In this document: positions 60,201 through 64,000 of the stretch, in pieces
Position numbering within the stretch: the stretch's first letter is position 1
Layout of the letters: the number at the start of each line of letters is the position of its first letter
Assembly: GCF_037042905.1 (NCBI RefSeq)
Contig: NC_087250.1
Span: 8,558,001-8,622,000, forward strand
Direction: 5' to 3'
DNA: 64,000 bases
From: Lytechinus pictus
Taxonomy: Eukaryota
Notes under the pieces: generated by a model
Seen by the model: the letters and a program-made list of their open reading frames with translations, nothing else
What the model was told of the DNA's origin: nothing
The model's database searches: none
Translations under genes and position numbers: made by a program

Positions 60201-62745
60201 TATCGGTGTGGCAGATATGGCAAGTTCCGACTCGGAGTCCTCGTATAAGACACAGTAGAAGTCCGGATCTATTCTAAGTTAGTTGAGCCACATGGCTGAT
60301 TTGCTTGTTTGTTATGTTAAAACAGTAGTCGAGTACATCTTATTTAAGGCACTTGCCGGCTTAAAACGAAACTCGAATTTCAATTTCATTTTATTTTCCC
60401 AGCGTGTTTGTCCCATTGAAGACACCGTTAGAAAAAAAATCGCACCGAAATGAAAAAAAAAATCGCCAAAAATAAAAAACGCGTGTGATTACCAACGCGA
60501 CGCGAGTGATTACGAACGCGAGTGAATATAATAAGCCGGTCTATAGGCGTCTTAAACCACTCGGCCATGGTTCCTACATGGAATTCTCATACAGAACAGT
60601 GGGTGCAACGAGCCAAAGTACATCAGGAGGGCTAAAGATATTCGTTCGACCCAACCCATTCACATTTTTTAAATTTGATATTGCTGATTGACAAAAATGT
60701 ATGAATTATGATTCCAAATCTAACACTGATTCTAGAAATGGTAATTACTGAACTTCCTTTGCCCAAATTGGGAAGATATATCAATGATTTGGAACTATTT
60801 TTTGACTGGCGGAAGAATTGGGGCTATTTTACTGTTCCAGTTGATGAATTTGATCCCATCATAGTTATCTTCATAAATGGTGATTTATTTTAAAAATGAG
60901 CTGGCTATGATACCCTTCTCTGGTCAGATATGGAATGTCAGATATATATCCTATCCAAAGGTAGTAAACATTCGACCCTCTAATTTCACAATTATTTTTT
61001 ATGAATTTTTCTTAAGTGCCATTTTAACACACAAGTCTATAGGGAATGTTTTACGCGCGTGACACCAGTGGTAATTCTCTGCGATCAGTGTCATTTCGCC
61101 ATCTACGACACACACTGGAGATGATGTCACTAGTTTATTGGCGACAAAGTACTCACTGGGCAGCGGAATAGTTAATCTTAATTGTAAAAAAGTATTGATT
61201 AGCGATTGGTTTATTACGGCAAACAGCTTTAAATAAAGGTTGGTGGTTCCTTGCTTGATTTATTTTCACCCTTTAAAAATGAGTTAAAAAAGAATAACAA
61301 AATAAACAGTCTAAACTTTCAAAAAACTGTAACATGTGATCATTGACCACCTTCCTCTCTCTCTCTCTCTATTTCTCTTCTGTATGATCAATAACAGTAG
61401 CTGATGTTATACGTGGGCGGCTCCAATTCATTTTAATAGGAAGCGGCAAGATATAAGCTATTTTTTACTCAATTGAATTAGGCTTCCATGGGTAACAGAG
61501 ATTTACATGACCTATACCTCTCTTTCTCTATACGATTCGTTATCCCTGTAAATCCTCTTTCTCGGGTTTATTTCACTGATTTAAACATATAAGGGGTGGG
61601 GCGCTCACTCTGCCCCCTCCCGATAGCTAAAATAAATATAAGTATATTGTTAGGATACTGAATAACCATAACAACAGACATATATATTACTCACCCTTTC
61701 TGACCGTCCGCGCTTAGTCCATATATATGCCTATCATTGTAGTCGATCCTTATCTTATTAGTCCCATCTAGTCTGATTGATGCCAAGATTCTTGAGACGT
61801 TTCCAAACCAGTAGATCCTTCGGTCAAAATTGTTGAAGGTGATGCAGAAAGGCTCTGGAAAAATAAAGAACCGAAGTGAACTCGGTTATTTCAAAGATGG
61901 AGCGAACTGATCAACACTTTGCGGTCGTTTTCACTGACAGCCAGTCTTAAAATATACATATATTTTGAGTTTTAAAAATAAAAAAGAAAAAAGATCAGCC
62001 CGTTTTGTAGAGACACTAACATATTTTTGAAAGAAAATGTACATGCTTTGCTACGCTAAATTTCAAACATAATTTTAAAAGTTTAATGAGAAATTTTCAA
62101 AATTCATTGCTCATGTTTTTTTTTGTTCAATTTCAAAATATTTGCTTATATTGTCTTTAAACACAATATGAACAATCGTTAGTTCATATTAAACCAGGTT
62201 GTATGAGATGTCTAACGGGTTGTTTATTTCTTATTCTGTACTGTGTAAATATAAAATAATTGCGTTTCTAGAATAGATCCCTGAGGGACTCCTCATATAT
62301 ACCTGTACAAAGGCCAAAACATCTGAGTTTGTGAAATTGTTGTGTAAAAATATGGGAATTAAATATTCAACGGTTGCTAGAAAAAGTGCTCGACTGGGAA
62401 TATTATGTAAATCAATAATTTCGACCATTTCCTTTCATCCGCACTTACACACGCAATTCAATTTTAACATGTTTAAAGGAACTGGGGAATATTACTTACT
62501 AACACCCGGAATGATGACAACCTTGTTTGGCACACCGTCCAGAACATCGCCTCCAATTTTATGCGGGGACCGCTGTCCCCATACCACCATATTTGTCACG
62601 ATGTCATAGGTCATGACCCCTGGTCGGTGGATAAATTCGAAGAACGCCCTCTGATGCAGCTGATCGGTCAGGAGCATTCCCGGTTCTATATCACTGTGGT
62701 ATATTCCGAAATTGATCTGGTCCACAAAGAAGACCTTGTCCGCGG
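48084..62745 (-). CDS. Paralog B (5'-partial, spliced): YWTD-like propeller + 5 EGF-like modules + stalk + TM + short tail; one exon is TE-interrupted
   Basis: Exons 62500-62745, 61695-61854, 57387-57505, 56181-56465, [54717-54849 + 53651-53676], 50527-50664, 49815-50051, 49301-49396 and 48084-48283. Lengths 246/160/119/285/138/237 are identical to paralog A. Confidence 0.85.
48689..48930. mobile_element. hAT-type MITE
   Basis: CATTGGCGGAAATC...GATTTCCGCCCTTG termini; 8-bp TSD TGTGTATG; related copy at about 40008-40312. Confidence 0.8.
49301..49396 (-). CDS. Paralog B-specific short EGF exon (96 nt)
   Basis: ccatag| and |gtaagt boundaries; VDCTEITCQNNGTCTDNQCFCPDDIEGILCET has 6 Cys; phase 1-1. 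Confidence 0.85.
49815..50051 (-). CDS. Paralog B EGF + cbEGF exon (237 nt)
   Basis: actaag| and |gtaata boundaries; HANCRKCDNGEC...DINECQSSVCDPEYGVCVNTKGGYYCTC. Confidence 0.9.
50527..50664 (-). CDS. Paralog B EGF exon (138 nt)
   Basis: caccag| and |gtatgt boundaries; LNPCGLRGEDYPCDAMRGICHNNNGSALCDCQEEYALGFDGVTCL. Confidence 0.9.
50912..52095. mobile_element. Same MITE family, inverted copy with a nested TTAA element
   Basis: Reverse complement of the 28238-28791 sequence, split at TTAA; flanks GGTAACAAC; a related partial copy starts at about 63784. Confidence 0.8.
51025..51627. mobile_element. Kolobok-type non-autonomous element (TTAA TSD, AGG...CCT termini)
   Basis: Host sequence GCACCCC-TTAA-CAAGTAT is interrupted with TTAA duplicated; long TIRs AGGTCAAGTCCAC / GTGGACTTGTCCT. 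Confidence 0.8.
52708..53289. mobile_element. Palindromic element built from AAGACCACTGAAAGA subrepeats
   Basis: Subrepeat arrays in opposite orientation in the two halves. Confidence 0.55.
53651..54849 (-). pseudogene. Paralog B 4-Cys EGF/linker exon interrupted by a transposon (pieces 54717-54849 and 53651-53676)
   Basis: Removing 53685-54716 and one TSD copy restores a 159-nt phase 1-1 exon: VNYCSSSPCQEGLICVSGRFEYNCVANNTSNNNTGNSTDSNNAGRNTTSLNSG|gtaaga. Confidence 0.85.
53685..54716. mobile_element. Non-autonomous hAT-type element (1032 bp) inside a coding exon
   Basis: TIRs CAGTGGCGTAGACA / TGTCTACGCCCCTG; perfect 8-bp TSD CTCCCGGC (53677-53684 and 54717-54724). Confidence 0.9.
54830..55125. 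repeat. Three copies of a 97-99-bp tandem repeat spanning an intron/exon junction
   Basis: Units start at 54830, 54929 and 55026. Confidence 0.9.
55166..55963. repeat. Minisatellite, 15 units of about 46 or 57 bp
   Basis: GGGGAAAGACTGACTTAATACATGCAGTGAC[TTGCCTAAGAC]TTACGTAAGTCTTAT. Confidence 0.9.
56181..56465 (-). CDS. Paralog B propeller exon (285 nt)
   Basis: ttgtag| and |gtaggt boundaries; CLYWIN...IIYWAD...QSLAGILDMKVFIDEH. Confidence 0.9.
57387..57505 (-). CDS. Paralog B propeller exon (119 nt)
   Basis: gactag| and |gtaaga boundaries; KLYFSEGDRIMEIKVDGTDKEVIVDTDLVNVTAFTRNAQ. Confidence 0.9.
57740..60537. mobile_element. Foldback-type element with about 700-bp inverted arms
   Basis: Arms are near-identical (the same 64-aa pseudo-ORF appears on both strands); 8-bp TSD GGTCTATA (57732-57739 and 60538-60545); AT-rich repeat core. 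Confidence 0.85.
58283..59397. mobile_element. About 1.1-kb element with hairpin-forming ends, nested in the foldback arm
   Basis: Absent from the opposite arm; terminal hairpins at about 58287-58421 and 59252-59391. Confidence 0.7.
61695..61854 (-). CDS. Paralog B propeller exon (160 nt)
   Basis: ttccag| and |gtgagt boundaries; PFCITFNNFDRRIYWFGNVSRILASIRLDGTNK (missed by the ORF track). Confidence 0.9.
62500..62745 (-). CDS. Paralog B propeller exon (246 nt)
   Basis: cggcag| and |gtaagt boundaries; ADKVFFVDQINFGIYHS...GVPNKVVIIPGV. Confidence 0.9.
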
Positions 62746-64000
62746 CTGCCGAAAAAACATAAATAAATAAATAAATAGATAAAATAAGCGTGACCAAATA
62801 TATGAAGTAACATAAAACTAATGATAATTGATTCCAGGACAATTGTTCCGCTTTAAATTTCACACACCAATCGAATTACTGATTTTAAGCCTGCGTGGAT
62901 TTAACACTAAACCCTCCTTAAACCTAACCCTAAATCTAACATAGAACCTATTGCAACCCTTACACTACATCCTATATAGACAAAATAAAGCCAGCGGCAA
63001 TTGTCGCAGGAGCAAATGTCATGACACCTCATAGTCCAGTGCAATTCTTATCACCCGACTGGCAAACATTTTGAAGAATTCTTCTGGTGTAACATTGGGT
63101 TCCAGGACATTTGCTCCGGCGACTATTGATCAGCTCTTAATTCCATACACTAATGGAACGGCCAACTTCAACCCTGGGTTTAACACCGTATCCTTCCCTA
63201 ACACTGTAACCTACCCTACACCTATACCCTATACCAAACGTAAAATCCTATTGCAACAATTCCATAACCTTTACCCTTTATCCAGGGACAGACCCAGGAT
63301 TTTTCAAAGGGGGGGGGGGGGCACATTTTTCCCAAGGAAAAATTTGACAAGCCCCCCCCCCAAAGTCTTCAATTTCAAAAGGGGGTGCACATTTTAGTTT
63401 TAATGCCATTTTTACTGTTTTACATTATACATTTTTATTTTGCTTTTCAAGGGGGGGGGGGGGGCACGGGCCGGCTGTGACCTCCCTCCCGCCTCCTGGA
63501 TCCAACAGTCCCGACCTTTCGTTTGAGGACGCACACGCTTATTTACGACGGTAGTTGATTTTGGAAGAGACTTTTTGGGCCCGTCATCATGGTCGTAAAA
63601 TTCTGTCCTGCAATGCAAATTGTGTGACATGATATTTTTTTGTCGTTTCGCATCTGCGACGGAAACATTCAATATGCGTTTCGTGTGCAAAATTCTGGTT
63701 GCTACTATGGTAACAGCGATTTATCCGATTTAGGACGACTTTCCAAATCCACTTTTGGTTCCTCCCAGAGCTCGAGAAGCCGCCCGGGGGCCCACTCCCA
63801 TTGAAAAGTGGATACCAGGCGCGACCATACGTAAAAAGGGAAAGAGTGGGTAAGTACGTTACGTATAGGCATATGTAGCATTATAAGGGTGTCAAAAACG
63901 ATGATTAAAATACTGAAAAACGGGATATATTTCCAATACTTGTAGGGTGTCACAACCCAAATACTTAAGAGATGCATTTTCATAATCTGGAAAAGACTTA

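Noticed and set aside
58012..60258. Two identical 64-aa ORFs on opposite strands
   Set aside because: A by-product of the foldback arms; GTG start and no recognisable domain.
62746..64000. Signal-peptide exon of paralog B
   Set aside because: No ATG + hydrophobic core + phase-1 donor was found here; it probably lies beyond the window end.

Overview
AT-rich, repeat-dense eukaryotic (animal) genomic DNA with GT-AG introns. The repeat content resembles sea urchin/echinoderm DNA (inference). Most ORF-track entries are spurious. The real coding content is two tandem minus-strand paralogs with the same exon architecture, reconstructed by hand from splice sites and phases. Both encode type-I membrane proteins: a degenerate six-bladed YWTD (LDLR class B) beta-propeller, EGF-like modules, an acidic stalk, one TM helix and a very short Cys/basic tail with no NPxY. 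Paralog A (CDS 26542->2627, 9 coding exons, 525 aa, with a signal peptide and no LDLa repeats) looks intact. Paralog B (62745->48084; first coding exon not found, probably beyond the window) has one extra EGF exon. One of its exons is split by a 1032-bp hAT-type element with a perfect 8-bp TSD, and that exon's acceptor is triplicated. The rest of the window is nested non-autonomous DNA transposons, tRNA-derived SINEs, LINE fragments, micro/minisatellites, a 2.8-kb foldback element and a Penelope-type minimal hammerhead-like motif. No CRISPR, rRNA or genuine tRNA genes were found.
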